Shown: one piece after another, positions 1 through 12,316 of the stretch
How positions within the stretch are numbered: the first letter of the stretch is position 1
Layout: every line of letters starts with the position of its first letter
Assembly: GCA_965261005.1 (NCBI GenBank)
Contig: OZ253375.1
Coordinates: 2,016,001-2,080,000, forward strand
Reading direction: 5' to 3'
DNA length: 64,000 nucleotides
Origin: Deinococcus sp.
GTDB lineage: Bacteria > Deinococcota > Deinococci > Deinococcales > Deinococcaceae
Notes under the pieces: generated by a model
Seen by the model: only the letters and a program-made list of their open reading frames with translations
Told to the model about the DNA's origin: nothing
The model's database searches: none
Program-made: the position numbers and the translations under genes

Positions 1-451
1 GCAGCAACTGATTGCCCTGTTCGTGCTGGTCGTGGTCGGCAACGTCCTGGCCAGCCTGATCGCCTACGCGGTCTTTCCGCTGCCGGTGGTCTTCCGCTGG
101 GCGGTCTCGCTGCTGCCGTGGCTGGTGCCGTTGTACTACTTCCAGCAGTGGCGGGGGCGGCGGTTGGGGCGCAAGCGATTGGCGGCGCTGTACAAGCCGC
201 TGGCGCGCTTTCCGGTCTTTTGGCTGATCGAGACGTGGTGGGTCTGGGCCAGCTTGGCCGTGCTGGTGGGCTTCCGGCTGCTGTCCGGGCGCTTGGGGGA
301 GCTGCCGCAGAACTTGCACTTTCTGATCGCGCTGGCTGCCGGAACGGGCGTGGGCTACGCGCTGTGGCAGAACCTGGAGCGGCGGCGCGTTCCGGGCCGC
401 CAATGGGTCGCCGGCCTTTCCGGCCTGTTCATCTTTCTGGGGCTGTATTGA
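1..451 (+). CDS. hypothetical membrane protein (probably 5'-truncated by window edge)
   Basis: Hydrophobic multi-TM ORF; the frame is open back to the window start. Confidence 0.6.
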   Translation, partial: QQLIALFVLVVVGNVLASLIAYAVFPLPVVFRWAVSLLPWLVPLYYFQQWRGRRLGRKRLAALYKPLARFPVFWLIETWWVWASLAVLVGFRLLSGRLGELPQNLHFLIALAAGTGVGYALWQNLERRRVPGRQWVAGLSGLFIFLGLY

Positions 452-672
452 ACTTGGGCCGTCAGGTTTTGAGCTGGCTGGGCTTGGCGGCCGGCTTTGC
501 GCTGTACCAGCTGGCCTTGCGCCTGCCCGAGCCTTGGGAAAGCGTCCTGATCGCGCTGTACTTCGTGGCCTTGGGCGCGCTGGCGCTGTGGTACGCGCGC
601 GGCGAGCGTTGGATTCAGCTTCTCGGCGGCGTGCTGATGCTGTTCGGCGTCATTCGCGTGTTTTTGAGGTAG
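448..672 (+). CDS. small membrane protein
   Basis: TTG at 448 overlaps the upstream stop; 74 aa with three hydrophobic segments (C-terminal part of ORF 118..672). Confidence 0.6.
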   Translation: MNLGRQVLSWLGLAAGFALYQLALRLPEPWESVLIALYFVALGALALWYARGERWIQLLGGVLMLFGVIRVFLR

Positions 673-716
673 CAAGCGTCAAGCCAGGAATTGGGCGCGT
701 TGGTTGGCTGGGTGGC

Positions 717-757
717 CCCCTCACCCCTGGCCCCTCTCCCGCAGGGGGAGAGGGGAG
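717..757. repeat. REP-like palindrome CCCTCACCCC..CCCCTCTCCC..GGGAGAGGGG
   Basis: Intergenic GC hairpin of a common REP type. Confidence 0.6.
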
Positions 758-786
758 CAAAGATTCAGAAGTCGTAAGGAGCCTGT

Positions 787-2223
<1,437 letters not shown>

Positions 2224-2233
2224 GGCGGTGTAG

Positions 2234-2262
2234 GTAGGGGCGGGTTTTAAACCCGCCCCTAC
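2234..2262. repeat. GTAG-type REP palindrome
   Basis: GTAGGGGCGGGTTTTAAACCCGCCCCTAC; near-identical copy at 56885-56913. Confidence 0.8.
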
Positions 2263-2351
2263 GGCTTGTCGTATGGGTACACCAGCGGTTTTTGGTCGGC
2301 GCCCTCGTGAGGGGAGGCCAGCTGGCCTTCCCCTCTTCACCCCTTAATCCC

Positions 2352-4595
2352 CTACGCCCCGCCGGCCAGCAATTTGTCCAGCGTGACCGGGAGGTCGCGC
2401 ACCCGCACGCCGGTCGCGTGGTAGACGGCGTTGGCGATGGCGGCGGCGACGCCCACGATGGGCAGCTCGCCGATGCCCTTGGCGCCCATCGGGTTGATAT
2501 GGGGGTCCACCTCCTCCAGGTAGACCGGCTCCAGCACCGGGATGTCGGCGTTGACCGGCACCAGGTATTCAGAGAGGTTGGCGTTGGTGATGCGCCCGAA
2601 GCGCGCGTCACGGTGGGTCTCCTCCAGCAGCGCCATGCCGACGCCGCCGACCACGCCGCCGAGGGCCTGGCTGCGCGCCATCAGCGGGTTGATGATGCGC
2701 CCGGTCGCCAGGGCGCTCACCACCCGGCGCACCCGGATTTCCAGCACGTCGGGGTCCACCGTAACTTGGGCGAAGTGCGCGCCGAAGCTCCAAAAGGAGT
2801 ACTGCTTGCGCTCGTCCCCCGGCCCGGCGCTCTCGTGGCCCTCCAGCGAGGCGAGGCGCCGTCGGGCCATCAGGTCGGCGTAATCCTCGCCTCGCGATGG
2901 GTCGCCGCTCAGGTACAGCCGCCCGTCCCGCACCTGCACGCCGGCGGGGTCGGCGCCGTACAGCGGCGAGCGGCGGTCCTTGACGGCCAGCGCCACGGCC
3001 TGAGCGCGAATGCTGCGTGCCGAGGCCAGCACCGCCGGGCCGAGGCTGGCGAGCATCTGCGAGCCGCCCTGTACCGGGGCGTAGGGGAAGTCGGTGTCGC
3101 CCAGCTCGACCTTGACCTGGTTCGCCTGAATGCCCACGGCGTCGGCGGCGATCTGGGCCATGGCGGTGTAGGTGCCCGGCCCCATGTCGCTCGACGAGCT
3201 GCGCACGGTCGCGGTGCCGCCCTGCGCCAAAATAACCCGCGCGCTGGCGCCGGTGCGGTTGGCCGGGTAGACGGCGCTGGCCATGCCCAGGCCGACCAGC
3301 AGGCGCCCGTCTTTCATGGAGCCGGGCTGGGGCGTGCGGCGCGCCCAATCGAAGCGGCGGGCGCCCTCCGCGTAGCAGGCGCGCAGCGACTTGCTCGACC
3401 ACGGCAGGTCCTTTTCGGGGTCCCGCTCGGCGTAGTTTCGCAGCCGCAACTCGACGGGGTCCAGCTTGAGGGCGTAGGCCAGCTCGTCCAGCGCGCTTTC
3501 CAAGGCGTAGGCGCCGCTGGTCTCGCCGGGGCCGCGCATAAAGGTCGGGGTGGAGACGTTCATGCCGACCAAGCGGTAGGTGGTCCGCACGCTGGGGCAG
3601 GCGTAGAGCATGCGAGCCGGGCCGAGGGTGGCCTCGGTGTACTCCTCGTAGGTGCTGGTCTGGGCGGTCGCCTCCTGCACGATGGAGGTGAGCTGGCCGT
3701 CCGCCGTGGCCCCCAAGCGGACGCGCTGCTCGGTCAGGGGCCGGAAGCCGGTCGTGCCGTACATCTGCTCGCGCGACAGCGACAGCTTGACCGGGCGCCC
3801 CACCGCCTTGGCGGCCATCGCGGTCAGGACGACGTGCGGCCAAGTCCGCCCCGCGCTGCCGAAGCCGCCCCCGACAAAGGGCGAGAAGACCCGCACCTGG
3901 TCGGCGGGCAAACCGAAGTCGAGGGCCAGCCGGCTGCGGGCGCTGGCGGGCCACTGGGTCTTGTCGTACAAGGTGAGCTTGCCCCCCGACCACACGGCGA
4001 TGGTCGCGTGGGTCTCCATGGGGTTGTGGTGCTCGGTCGGAATGGTGTAGGTGGCGTCCACCCGCGCGGCGGCGCCCGCGTAGCCCGCGTCCGGGTCGCC
4101 GCGCTGGTAGTCGGAGGGATTGCTCGGGTCGGGTTCCAGGCGTGACTCGTTGGGCGCGAAGGCGCGCGCCTTTGCGGCCTGGAAGTCGGTGGCCGCCTGT
4201 TCGGGGGCGTAGCTCACCCGCACCAAGGCGGCGGCGTGTTCGGCGCGGCTGAGGGTGTCGGCCACCACGACGGCGACGTACTGGCGGTCGAAGAGTACCT
4301 GGTCGTCCTGAAGGGGGTGCAGCGGGTGGCCGACCTTGGGGTCGGCGTTCAGCTTCTGGGCCTGCGGCTTGAAGGGCAGCTTGGGGGCGTTTTGGTGGGT
4401 CAGGATCGCCAGCACGCCGGGGGCGCGCTGGGCCTCGCGCAGATCGAAGCCGGTCACGCGCCCTTTCGGAATGGTGCTGAGAACCGGCACGGCGTGGACG
4501 ACGCCGCGAATGGGGTACTCGGCCGCGTAGCGCGCCTTGCCCGTCACCTTGGCGCGCCCCTCGACGCGCATCACCGGCTTGCCGACGGCGCTCAC
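2352..4595 (-). CDS. xanthine/aldehyde oxidoreductase molybdopterin-binding subunit (PaoC/YagR-like)
   Basis: KVTGKARYAAE, VGGGFGS, MRGPG, GAKGIGE motifs; overlapping operon. Confidence 0.93.
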   Translation of the reverse strand: MSAVGKPVMRVEGRAKVTGKARYAAEYPIRGVVHAVPVLSTIPKGRVTGFDLREAQRAPGVLAILTHQNAPKLPFKPQAQKLNADPKVGHPLHPLQDDQVLFDRQYVAVVVADTLSRAEHAAALVRVSYAPEQAATDFQAAKARAFAPNESRLEPDPSNPSDYQRGDPDAGYAGAAARVDATYTIPTEHHNPMETHATIAVWSGGKLTLYDKTQWPASARSRLALDFGLPADQVRVFSPFVGGGFGSAGRTWPHVVLTAMAAKAVGRPVKLSLSREQMYGTTGFRPLTEQRVRLGATADGQLTSIVQEATAQTSTYEEYTEATLGPARMLYACPSVRTTYRLVGMNVSTPTFMRGPGETSGAYALESALDELAYALKLDPVELRLRNYAERDPEKDLPWSSKSLRACYAEGARRFDWARRTPQPGSMKDGRLLVGLGMASAVYPANRTGASARVILAQGGTATVRSSSSDMGPGTYTAMAQIAADAVGIQANQVKVELGDTDFPYAPVQGGSQMLASLGPAVLASARSIRAQAVALAVKDRRSPLYGADPAGVQVRDGRLYLSGDPSRGEDYADLMARRRLASLEGHESAGPGDERKQYSFWSFGAHFAQVTVDPDVLEIRVRRVVSALATGRIINPLMARSQALGGVVGGVGMALLEETHRDARFGRITNANLSEYLVPVNADIPVLEPVYLEEVDPHINPMGAKGIGELPIVGVAAAIANAVYHATGVRVRDLPVTLDKLLAGGA

Positions 4596-5581
4596 GCGGC
4601 ACCCCCCGCCACGATTTCCAGCGCCCGGACCAGCGTTCTCTGCGCCAACGGCACCTTAAAGGCGTTTTGGCCGCGGGGGACGGCGCCGGTCAGGGCCACG
4701 GCCGCCGCCCGCTCGAAGGTGGCGCGGGTCGCCGTTTTGCCGACCAAGGCCGCCTCGGCCTCCGGGGAGCGCCACGGCTTGGTGCCGACCCCGCCCAGGG
4801 CGACGCGCGCCGACAGGATCACGCCGCCCGCCACGCTCAGGCCCACGGCGGCCGAGCTGAGCGAGAACTCGTAGGAAGCCCGGTCGCGCACCTTGAGGTA
4901 GTGCGAGTTGGCCGCGTGCCGCGCCCCCGGCAGGTCCACGCCCAGGATCAACTCTCCCGGCGTCAGGACCGTCTCGATCTGCGGGGTGTCCCCCGGCACC
5001 AGGTGGAAATCCACCAGCGGAATGGTCCGGTCCCCCCTCGGCCCGCGCACCCGCACGGCCGCGTCGAGGGCGACCATCGCCACCGCCATGTCCCCGGCGT
5101 AGGCGGCGATGCAGCTCTCGCTGGTGCCCAGCACCGCCTGCATGCGGTTCTCGCCCGCCAGAGCGCCGCAGCCCGTTCCCGGCTCGCGCTTGTTGCACGG
5201 CAGGGCGGTGTCGCGGAAGTAGGGGCAGCGGGTCCGCTGAAGCAAGTTGCCGCCGATGCTGGCCTTGTTGCGCAGCTGCGGCGAGGCGCTGAGTAGCAGG
5301 GCCTGCGACACGGCCGGAAAGCCGCGCACGATCAGGGGGTGCGCGGCCAGCTCGCTCATGCGGACCAGGGCGCCGACGCGCACCCCGCCGCCCGGCAAAG
5401 CGTCAACACTTTTCAGCGGCAAGGCGTTCAGGTCCACCACGCTGCCGGGGGTCTCGACATTGATGCGCATCAGGTCCACCAGGTTGGTGCCCCCGGCGAT
5501 GAACTTGGCCCCGGGGTTCCCCGCCACCGCCACCACGGCGTCTCCCGGCAGCGTCACCTTTTGGTAATTAAACGCCCGCAC
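4592..5581 (-). CDS. FAD-binding subunit (PaoB/YagS-like)
   Basis: IAGGTNLVDLM, ASPQLRNKASIGGNLLQRTRCPYFRD, KVRDRASYEF. Confidence 0.93.
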   Translation of the reverse strand: MRAFNYQKVTLPGDAVVAVAGNPGAKFIAGGTNLVDLMRINVETPGSVVDLNALPLKSVDALPGGGVRVGALVRMSELAAHPLIVRGFPAVSQALLLSASPQLRNKASIGGNLLQRTRCPYFRDTALPCNKREPGTGCGALAGENRMQAVLGTSESCIAAYAGDMAVAMVALDAAVRVRGPRGDRTIPLVDFHLVPGDTPQIETVLTPGELILGVDLPGARHAANSHYLKVRDRASYEFSLSSAAVGLSVAGGVILSARVALGGVGTKPWRSPEAEAALVGKTATRATFERAAAVALTGAVPRGQNAFKVPLAQRTLVRALEIVAGGAA

Positions 5582-6218
5582 GGTCCCCCGCCTTCACGTC
5601 CTGAATGGCGTCCACGATGCCGTTGTAGGCGCCACAGCGGCAGATGTTGCCGCTCATCCACTCGCGAATCTCGGCGTCGCTGTTGGCGTGCCCCTCCTGC
5701 AAGAGCGCCACCGCGCTCATGATCTGCCCGGAGGTGCAGTAGCCGCACTGAAACCCCTCGTGCTCGATAAAGGCGGCCTGTACGGGGTGCAGCTCGCCGC
5801 CCGTCGCCAATCCCTCGACGGTGGTGATCTCCTGCCCGTCGTGCATCACGGCCAGGGCCAGGCACGAGTTGATGCGCGCGCCGTCCACCAACACGGTGCA
5901 GGCGCCGCAGGCCCCGTGGTTGCAGCCCTTTTTGGTGCCGGTCAGGCCGAGGTGTTCGCGCAGGGTGTCGAGCAGGCTGACGCGCGGCTCTAGCTTAAGG
6001 GCCTGCGCCCGGCCGTTGACGCGCAGCTGCACGTCCACCAGTTCGCCCGTCGCGTCCGGCACGGCCTGCGCGGCGGCGGGGCGCAGCGTGAGGGCGGCGC
6101 CCACGGCGGCGCTGCCCGCCAGAAAGGTGCGGCGGGACAGCTGCAAGGGCGCAGCCCCTTCGGTCGGGCGGTCTTCCGCCGGGTCGTCGCGCTCGTTTCG
6201 TTCGGGGGTATGGGTCAT
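5568..6218 (-). CDS. 2Fe-2S subunit with Tat signal (PaoA/YagT-like)
   Basis: SRRTFL twin-arginine motif; GCNHGACGAC, QCGYC, CRC; ATG at 6218 with GGAGG RBS. Confidence 0.93.
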   Translation of the reverse strand: MTHTPERNERDDPAEDRPTEGAAPLQLSRRTFLAGSAAVGAALTLRPAAAQAVPDATGELVDVQLRVNGRAQALKLEPRVSLLDTLREHLGLTGTKKGCNHGACGACTVLVDGARINSCLALAVMHDGQEITTVEGLATGGELHPVQAAFIEHEGFQCGYCTSGQIMSAVALLQEGHANSDAEIREWMSGNICRCGAYNGIVDAIQDVKAGDRAGV

Positions 6219-6460
6219 CGTGGCCTCCGGGGGGGGAAATGGCGTGAGACGGACGCGCTGGGCCAATCAGATCGGGTCGGGCAGATGAAGTGAGTTGGCC
6301 GGGTTCATGATGCCGCGTTCATGTGGCCCACCGTGACGCGCCGGCCGTCCTTCTCTTCATTGAGCGTTCATCTCATGTTCGCCGTCCGCTTCCCTTGAAG
6401 CTCAACGCCCGCTCAAGAACGGACGCGTCCATTCCATGTAAGGCGCCAACAAGATGGAGC

Positions 6461-7345
6461 ATGTCGTCCCGCCTCCTTCCGCTCGCGCTGCTCATCGGCC
6501 TGACCTCGGCCGGCGCCCTGCCCGACAGCGTCACCCTCAAGAACATTCGCCACGAGTACCAGGGGCCGGACAACTGCGCCCCCGTGACGGCCCTGACCGT
6601 GCTGGGCTACTACGGCACCCGCGTCAGTCAGGCGCGGGCGGCGAGCGCCCTCAAGGACGGGGCGAGTGACCCGCAGGTGAGCAGCCTGGAACTGGCCTCT
6701 TACTTGGGCCGCTTCGGGCTGCGCAGCATGATCCGCTACGCGGGCACGCCGGAGTTGCTGCGCGAGCTGGTGGCGCGTGGCGTCCCGGTGGTCGTGCAGC
6801 AGCGCCTGAGGGCGGACAGCAACGTGGCGCACTTTCGCACGGTGTACGGCTACAAAGGGGGACGCTTTCTGACCAGCGACTCGCTGCGCGGGCCGCAGCT
6901 GTGGCTGAGCGAGGCCGAGCTGATGGACCTATGGCACTTCTACAACGGCGAGTACCTGGTGGCCTACCCGCCCTCCAAGGCAGGCGCGGTGGCGGAGGTG
7001 CTGGGGGATGATGTGAGCGCGGCGGCCAATTGGCGGCGGCTGAGGACCATCGAGGAGCACAACGTGGTGGCCGACCCGAACGACCCCTACAACTGGTGGG
7101 GGCTGGGCAAGGCCAATTTGCGGCTGGGCAACGTGAAGGCGGCGGCGGCCAACTTTGACCGGGCGGTGGCGGCGGGCGTGCCCCCCCTTTACTATCTGTA
7201 CCGGCAGGAGGCTTTTGAAGCCTGGACGAAGGCGGGGCAATACCAAAAGACCCTCAAGTACGCCCAGCGCGCCCTGAAGTACGATCCGAACAGCAAGGAG
7301 CTGCTGCGCTACCGCAAGCTGGCGCAATCGAACCTGGACGGCTAG
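6461..7345 (+). CDS. secreted C39-like cysteine peptidase with TPR repeats
   Basis: Signal peptide, Q..DNCAP catalytic Cys, AHFRTVYGY His, C-terminal TPR pattern. Confidence 0.75.
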   Translation: MSSRLLPLALLIGLTSAGALPDSVTLKNIRHEYQGPDNCAPVTALTVLGYYGTRVSQARAASALKDGASDPQVSSLELASYLGRFGLRSMIRYAGTPELLRELVARGVPVVVQQRLRADSNVAHFRTVYGYKGGRFLTSDSLRGPQLWLSEAELMDLWHFYNGEYLVAYPPSKAGAVAEVLGDDVSAAANWRRLRTIEEHNVVADPNDPYNWWGLGKANLRLGNVKAAAANFDRAVAAGVPPLYYLYRQEAFEAWTKAGQYQKTLKYAQRALKYDPNSKELLRYRKLAQSNLDG

Positions 7346-7427
7346 CCCCAGGAACCTGACCTCGGGAACCCCCAGCTCATTATCTCGTATTCATCTCCGA
7401 AGGGGCATTCAACCCCGGAGGAGACGT

Positions 7428-8390
7428 ATGTTCGCTCAACTTGGCATTGTGTTGGCGCTGATCGGCGTCGGTCTGTTCGTGTACGCGCGCTTGGGCCAGC
7501 CGAGGTATTCGGGCCTGGGCCTAGGTTTGCTGGGCGTCGGGGCGGTGGTCGCCATTGTCGGCGGCGCACTGGTGATCGTGCCGGCGGGGCAAGTGGGCGT
7601 GGTGTTCAGCGCGCTGTCCGGTGTGAAGCCAGGTTCACTCGGCGAGGGCGTTCACTTCGTCACGCCCGGCGTTGACAAGGTCATTCTCTACGAGGCCCGC
7701 TTGCAGGAGATCACCCTCTCGCGCGTCGGCGAGGGCGGTCCCAACACCGACGACAGCATTCCGGCGCGCTCCAAGGAGGGCCTCGATATCTCGGCCGACG
7801 TGACGGTGCAGTTCCGGGTGCTGCGTCCCGAGGCCGCGCGGCTGCACAAGGAGCTGGGACCGAGGTACATCGAGACGGTCATTCGCCCGCAGGTGCGCAG
7901 CAAGGTGCGCGACGCCATCGGACAATTCAATGCCGCCGACCTGATCTCCACCAAGCGCCAAGAGGTTGAGAGCCAAGTGACGCGCTCCCTGACCGAGGTG
8001 TTCGCCAAGAACCACCTGGAGTTGGTGGGCGTGCTGCTGCGCGAGCTGCGCATTCCCGCGTCCATCCAAAAGGCCATCGAGGAGAAGCAGGCCGCCGAGC
8101 AGAACGTCCAGACCGAGCGCAACCGCCTTCAGCAGGCCAACGTGGCCGCCCAGCGCAAGGTGGTCGAGGCCGAGGGCGAGTCGAGGGCCGCCATCGCGCG
8201 GGCGCAGGGGGAGGCGCGCGCCCTCTCCTTGCGGGGCGCGGCCCTCAAGCAGAATCCCGAGATCATCCAGCTGACGGTGGCCGAAAAGCTCGCGCCCTCG
8301 ATTCAGACGGTGATGCTGCCGAGCGAGGGGAACTTCCTGCTCGACATCGGCGCCTTGACCAAGGGGAAGCTGGCGACGACCGGCCGCTGA
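7428..8390 (+). CDS. SPFH/prohibitin family membrane protein
   Basis: Two N-terminal TMs, IVPAGQVGVVF, SKEGLDI, AIEEKQAAEQ coiled coil. Confidence 0.9.
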   Translation: MFAQLGIVLALIGVGLFVYARLGQPRYSGLGLGLLGVGAVVAIVGGALVIVPAGQVGVVFSALSGVKPGSLGEGVHFVTPGVDKVILYEARLQEITLSRVGEGGPNTDDSIPARSKEGLDISADVTVQFRVLRPEAARLHKELGPRYIETVIRPQVRSKVRDAIGQFNAADLISTKRQEVESQVTRSLTEVFAKNHLELVGVLLRELRIPASIQKAIEEKQAAEQNVQTERNRLQQANVAAQRKVVEAEGESRAAIARAQGEARALSLRGAALKQNPEIIQLTVAEKLAPSIQTVMLPSEGNFLLDIGALTKGKLATTGR

Positions 8391-8541
8391 GCCAGGTTTG
8401 TGCAGGGCAGAGGACGTGACGTTCTCTGCCCTTTAACTCGACTGACTCACGCCCTACAGCTGTCAGTTCCCCGCTCCTCACCTGCCAATAAGGGCGATCC
8501 TGGCCCGAATCCCCCCGCTTCCCAGCCGCTAGACTCGGCGC

Positions 8542-9939
8542 ATGGATTACGACTACGACCTGTTGGTGATCGGCGCCGGCCCCGGCGGCTACCACGCGGC
8601 CATTCGCGGGGCGCAACTTGGCCTGAAGGTCGCCTGCGCCGAGATGGACAGCCTGGGCGGGGTGTGCCTGAACATCGGCTGCATTCCCACCAAGGCGCTG
8701 CTGCACGCCGGCGAGGAGCTGCGCGCCAGCAAGCACGCGGCGGACTTCGGGCTGACCTTCGGGGAGACCCAGCTCGACATCGCCAAGCTGAACGGCTGGA
8801 AGGACGGGATCGTGAGGACCCAGATCGGCGGCGTCGCGAGCCTGTTCAAGTCGAACAAGGTGACGCACCTCAAGGGCCAAGCGAAGTTTCTCGACCCCCA
8901 TACCGTGCAGGTCGGCGACCAAAAGGTGAGCGCGGCCAGCATCATCGTCGCCACCGGCTCGGAGGCGGCGAATCTGCCGGGCTTCACGGTGGACCAGCAA
9001 AAAATCGTGGACTCGACCGGCGCCCTGGTGATCCCCGATCCGCTCCCGAAGCGCATGCTCGCCATCGGCGCGGGGGCCATCGGGCTGGAGTTCGCGCAGG
9101 TCTACAGCAACATGGGCACCCAGGTGAAGGTGATCGAGTTCGCCCCGCAGATCGTGCCCGCCGCCGACGCGGACGCGGCGAAGGAGCTGCTCAAAATTCT
9201 GCGCAAGCAAGGGATCGAGATTCAGCTGGGGACCAAGGCGAACGGCCTGAGCGAAAAGAACGGCGAGCTGCACGTCGAGCTGGAGGACGTGAACAGTGGC
9301 GAGCAGCGGGTCGAAATTTTCGACCGGGTGCTGGTGGCCGTCGGCCGCAAGCCCCGTAGCGCGGGTCTGGGCCTGGAGGAGGCGGGCGTGCAGGTGGGCG
9401 AGCGCGGCTTCATCCCCGTGAACAAAAAGATGCAGACCGACGTGGCGCACATCTACGCCATCGGCGACGTGATCGGCAACCCCATGCTGGCCCACAAGGC
9501 GATGAAGGAGGGCTTGGTCGCCGCCGAAGTCGCGGCCGGCAAAAAGGCCGAGATGGACGTGGTCGCCATGCCCGCCGTCGTCTACACCACCCCTGAACTC
9601 GCCTGGGTGGGCTTGACCGAGTCGGAGGCGCGGGCGCGGGGCTACAGCGTCAAGACCGGGCGCTTTCCCTTCACGGCCTCGGGCCGGGCGCGCACGCTGG
9701 GGGACACCGACGGCTTCGTGAAGATGATCGCGGATGAAGGCAGCGACCTGCTTTTGGGCGTCCATATCGTCGCGCCGCACGGCAGCGACTTCCTTTCCGA
9801 GGCGGGCCTCGCGCTGGAGATGGCCGCCACCGTCAGCGACATCAGCCTGACGGTCCATGCCCACCCGACGCTTTCAGAGGCCGTGATGGAGGCCGCCGAG
9901 AACGTCCACAAGCAGGCCATTCACATCATCAACCGGTAA
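8542..9939 (+). CDS. lpdA: dihydrolipoamide dehydrogenase (E3)
   Basis: [30 protein letters not shown]. Confidence 0.96.
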   Translation: MDYDYDLLVIGAGPGGYHAAIRGAQLGLKVACAEMDSLGGVCLNIGCIPTKALLHAGEELRASKHAADFGLTFGETQLDIAKLNGWKDGIVRTQIGGVASLFKSNKVTHLKGQAKFLDPHTVQVGDQKVSAASIIVATGSEAANLPGFTVDQQKIVDSTGALVIPDPLPKRMLAIGAGAIGLEFAQVYSNMGTQVKVIEFAPQIVPAADADAAKELLKILRKQGIEIQLGTKANGLSEKNGELHVELEDVNSGEQRVEIFDRVLVAVGRKPRSAGLGLEEAGVQVGERGFIPVNKKMQTDVAHIYAIGDVIGNPMLAHKAMKEGLVAAEVAAGKKAEMDVVAMPAVVYTTPELAWVGLTESEARARGYSVKTGRFPFTASGRARTLGDTDGFVKMIADEGSDLLLGVHIVAPHGSDFLSEAGLALEMAATVSDISLTVHAHPTLSEAVMEAAENVHKQAIHIINR

Positions 9940-9964
9940 AAGAGAACGCCCCTCCCTGCCCCTC

Positions 9965-10402
9965 TCAGTTCGCCAGGTACCGCACAAACGAGCGCATGTC
10001 GTTCACGCAGGGGTCTTGTTCGCCCTGTTTGGCGCTGCCGGTGTAAGTGCGCAGTTTGCCGCCGCTGGGCAGGTAGAGCTGGGTCACGACGTAGGGACCG
10101 CCGTCCGCGTCCAGGGTATAGCTGGCCAGCAGGCCCCAATTGCCGGGGCGCTCGACCGCTTGGGTGACCACGTCCTGCAACTTTTTGGCGTACAGAGCTT
10201 GCTGCAACCTCGCGGCGAGCTTTTGGGCCGCTTCCTGGTCTGTCAGCGCGGGAAAGGCTTGGTCGAGCGCCTCGCCGCGCAGCAGGCAGGCGCCCGAATC
10301 GGCGGCCCAGGTGCCCTCACCCTGGGCGCTCCAGCCTTGGTAGGGCAGCGTGTAGGCGAACGCCACCGAAAGCAGCGCGCGGGGCAGGGGCGGTCTGGAC
10401 AC
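9965..10402 (-). CDS. hypothetical protein
   Basis: Fills the gap with high-GC codon usage; start uncertain. Confidence 0.55.
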   Translation of the reverse strand: MSRPPLPRALLSVAFAYTLPYQGWSAQGEGTWAADSGACLLRGEALDQAFPALTDQEAAQKLAARLQQALYAKKLQDVVTQAVERPGNWGLLASYTLDADGGPYVVTQLYLPSGGKLRTYTGSAKQGEQDPCVNDMRSFVRYLAN

Positions 10403-10466
10403 CCGGCCAGGCTAATCAAGGCCGGACTGAGAAGCGTGGCAAGCCGCCAAGCCGCCGCAAAGTCCG

Positions 10467-10964
10467 TCAGTCGCCGCTGGGCGCACGCGCAAGGGATGCC
10501 GGCGCGTCGGCCTCGCGGCGGTATAGCGCCAAGAAGAGCAGCAGCCCCAGGCCGCTCATGGCGAGCGGCGCGCTGACGGGGGCGGGGCCGTTGAGCCAGT
10601 TGGGTGTGGGCGCGGGCAAACCGAACAGGCCCGCCTCGCCCGGCCTCGCCTCGGGCGAGGTGCCCCGGTCGCCCACCCGACCGGCCTGACGCAGCTCCGG
10701 GTTGACACCGGTATGCTCCAGCGCGCCCCATAAGCCGGCCACGACCAGCAGCGCGCCCACGGCGCGCAGCGTGAGGCGTGAGGCCGGCCCGTCGGCGAGC
10801 AGATACCACCCGCCCGCGACCACGCCCAGAAAAATGGCCACAAAGGGGATCAGCTGCCCCGGATCGTACCAATGGCCGACGGCGGCCAGCTCCGCCGCCA
10901 GGCCCAGCAAGCCGAGCAAACCGAAGGCGACGAGGGTCTTGCGCAGGATGAGCACGTGATTCAT
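10467..10964 (-). CDS. hypothetical membrane protein
   Basis: Four hydrophobic segments; AGGAGG RBS before ATG 10964. Confidence 0.7.
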   Translation of the reverse strand: MNHVLILRKTLVAFGLLGLLGLAAELAAVGHWYDPGQLIPFVAIFLGVVAGGWYLLADGPASRLTLRAVGALLVVAGLWGALEHTGVNPELRQAGRVGDRGTSPEARPGEAGLFGLPAPTPNWLNGPAPVSAPLAMSGLGLLLFLALYRREADAPASLARAPSGD

Positions 10965-11011
10965 GAACGGTCCTCCTGAAACCACTACACGCCCGCCGTG
11001 TTGGGTGGGGG

Positions 11012-12316
11012 TTAAGAATGGAGTGGGGGATCAGAAAACGTCACCGTGACGCACAGGCCGCCCGGTCGCCCGTTCTTGAAGCTCAGCTCGGCGTCGTGCG
11101 CGTCCACTACCCGCCGCACGATGGCGAGGCCGAGGCCGTTGCCGTCACTGCCCCGCGCGGCGTCCGTCCGGTAAAAGGGTTCGCCCAGGCGGGGCAGGGC
11201 CGACTCGGGCACGCCCGGACCCGAGTCGGAGACCGTCAAATGGACGCCCTTCCCGTCTCCCACAACCTGCACGCGCATGTCGCCGCCGCCGTGGCGCAAG
11301 GCGTTGCCGATCAGGTTTTCCAGCAGCTGGGTCAGCAGCGCCTCGTCGCCGAGCACCGCCGCGTTTCCGCGCGTCTCGAAGTCCAGCCGCGCGTCGGGGG
11401 CGCGCTCGCGGGCGCGGTCCACCGCCTCGCCCGCCAGGCGCGCGAGGTCGAGCGGCGCGAGCTGCACCTCCCGCGCGCCGCGCGCCAGCAGCAGCAGGTG
11501 GTCGGTGAGGCGCCGCATGCGCTCCACGTCCGTCAGGGCCTCGGCGATGTCCTCGCGCAACTCGGCCCCGTCGCGCGGCCCGGCCAGCGCGCCTTGCAGC
11601 CGCATTTTCAGGGCCGCCAGCGGCGAGCGCAGGTCGTGGGCGGCGGCGCGGGTAAAGGCTTCCTCGCGCTCGCGCACGGCCGCGAGCCGCGCGAAGGCCG
11701 CTTGCAGGGTGTTCGCCAGCCGCCCGAGTTCGTCGCGCCGCCCCACCCCCGGCAGCGGCGCGCGCAAATCGCCCTCGCCGCCCACCTTGGCCGCCGCCTC
11801 TTGTAGGCGCGCCAGCGGCAGCAGCAGCCGCCCCGCCAAGGCGAAGCTGAGCAGCGCCACCAAGGCCGCCGCCGTCGGCACCGTGACCGCCAGCGCCCGC
11901 AGGTAGGCCCGCAGCGGATTCACGACGCCCAGCACGTCGCTGGCGAGCTGGGCCGTGGCCGGTCCCCCGTTCAGCTCGATGGTCGCGACCAGGACATTGT
12001 GGCCCGCACGCGGTTCGTAGCCCGGCGGCAAATCGGGCGGAATGGGCGGGTAGTTCGGCGTTTGCGCCAGCACCCGCCCATCCCGCAGCACCCGCACGTC
12101 CACGTTGCGCGGCAATCCCGTGATTTCGGGCGCCGTGATGGTGGGCGAGTTGGCGCTCAGGGCGCTCTCCAGCTTGGGCAGCAGCGTTTCCAAACGTTCG
12201 TGCTCTGCCAGCGCCAAAAACGAGCGCAGCGCCAGGAACTGCACCGCCGCGACCACCAAGACGACCACGGCGGTTTGCAAAGCCACCCCCAGGGCGAGGC
12301 GCGCGCGAATGGTCAC
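11012..12316 (-). CDS. sensor histidine kinase (HAMP, HisKA, HATPase)
   Basis: AHDLRSPL H-box, [26 protein letters not shown] start overlaps the regulator stop. Confidence 0.92.
   Translation of the reverse strand: MTIRARLALGVALQTAVVVLVVAAVQFLALRSFLALAEHERLETLLPKLESALSANSPTITAPEITGLPRNVDVRVLRDGRVLAQTPNYPPIPPDLPPGYEPRAGHNVLVATIELNGGPATAQLASDVLGVVNPLRAYLRALAVTVPTAAALVALLSFALAGRLLLPLARLQEAAAKVGGEGDLRAPLPGVGRRDELGRLANTLQAAFARLAAVREREEAFTRAAAHDLRSPLAALKMRLQGALAGPRDGAELREDIAEALTDVERMRRLTDHLLLLARGAREVQLAPLDLARLAGEAVDRARERAPDARLDFETRGNAAVLGDEALLTQLLENLIGNALRHGGGDMRVQVVGDGKGVHLTVSDSGPGVPESALPRLGEPFYRTDAARGSDGNGLGLAIVRRVVDAHDAELSFKNGRPGGLCVTVTFSDPPLHS

Noticed and set aside
2292..4602. Long alternative ORFs (2292..4145 +, 2608..4602 -) and similar shadow ORFs across the window (e.g. 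8263..9864, 15877..17811, 28796..30682, 45043..46512)
   Set aside because: Antisense or off-frame shadows of real genes in high-GC DNA; Arg/Gly/Pro-rich with no motifs.
6219..6460. Molybdenum-cofactor riboswitch upstream of the Mo enzyme operon
   Set aside because: I could not identify the conserved motif; it needs an Rfam scan.
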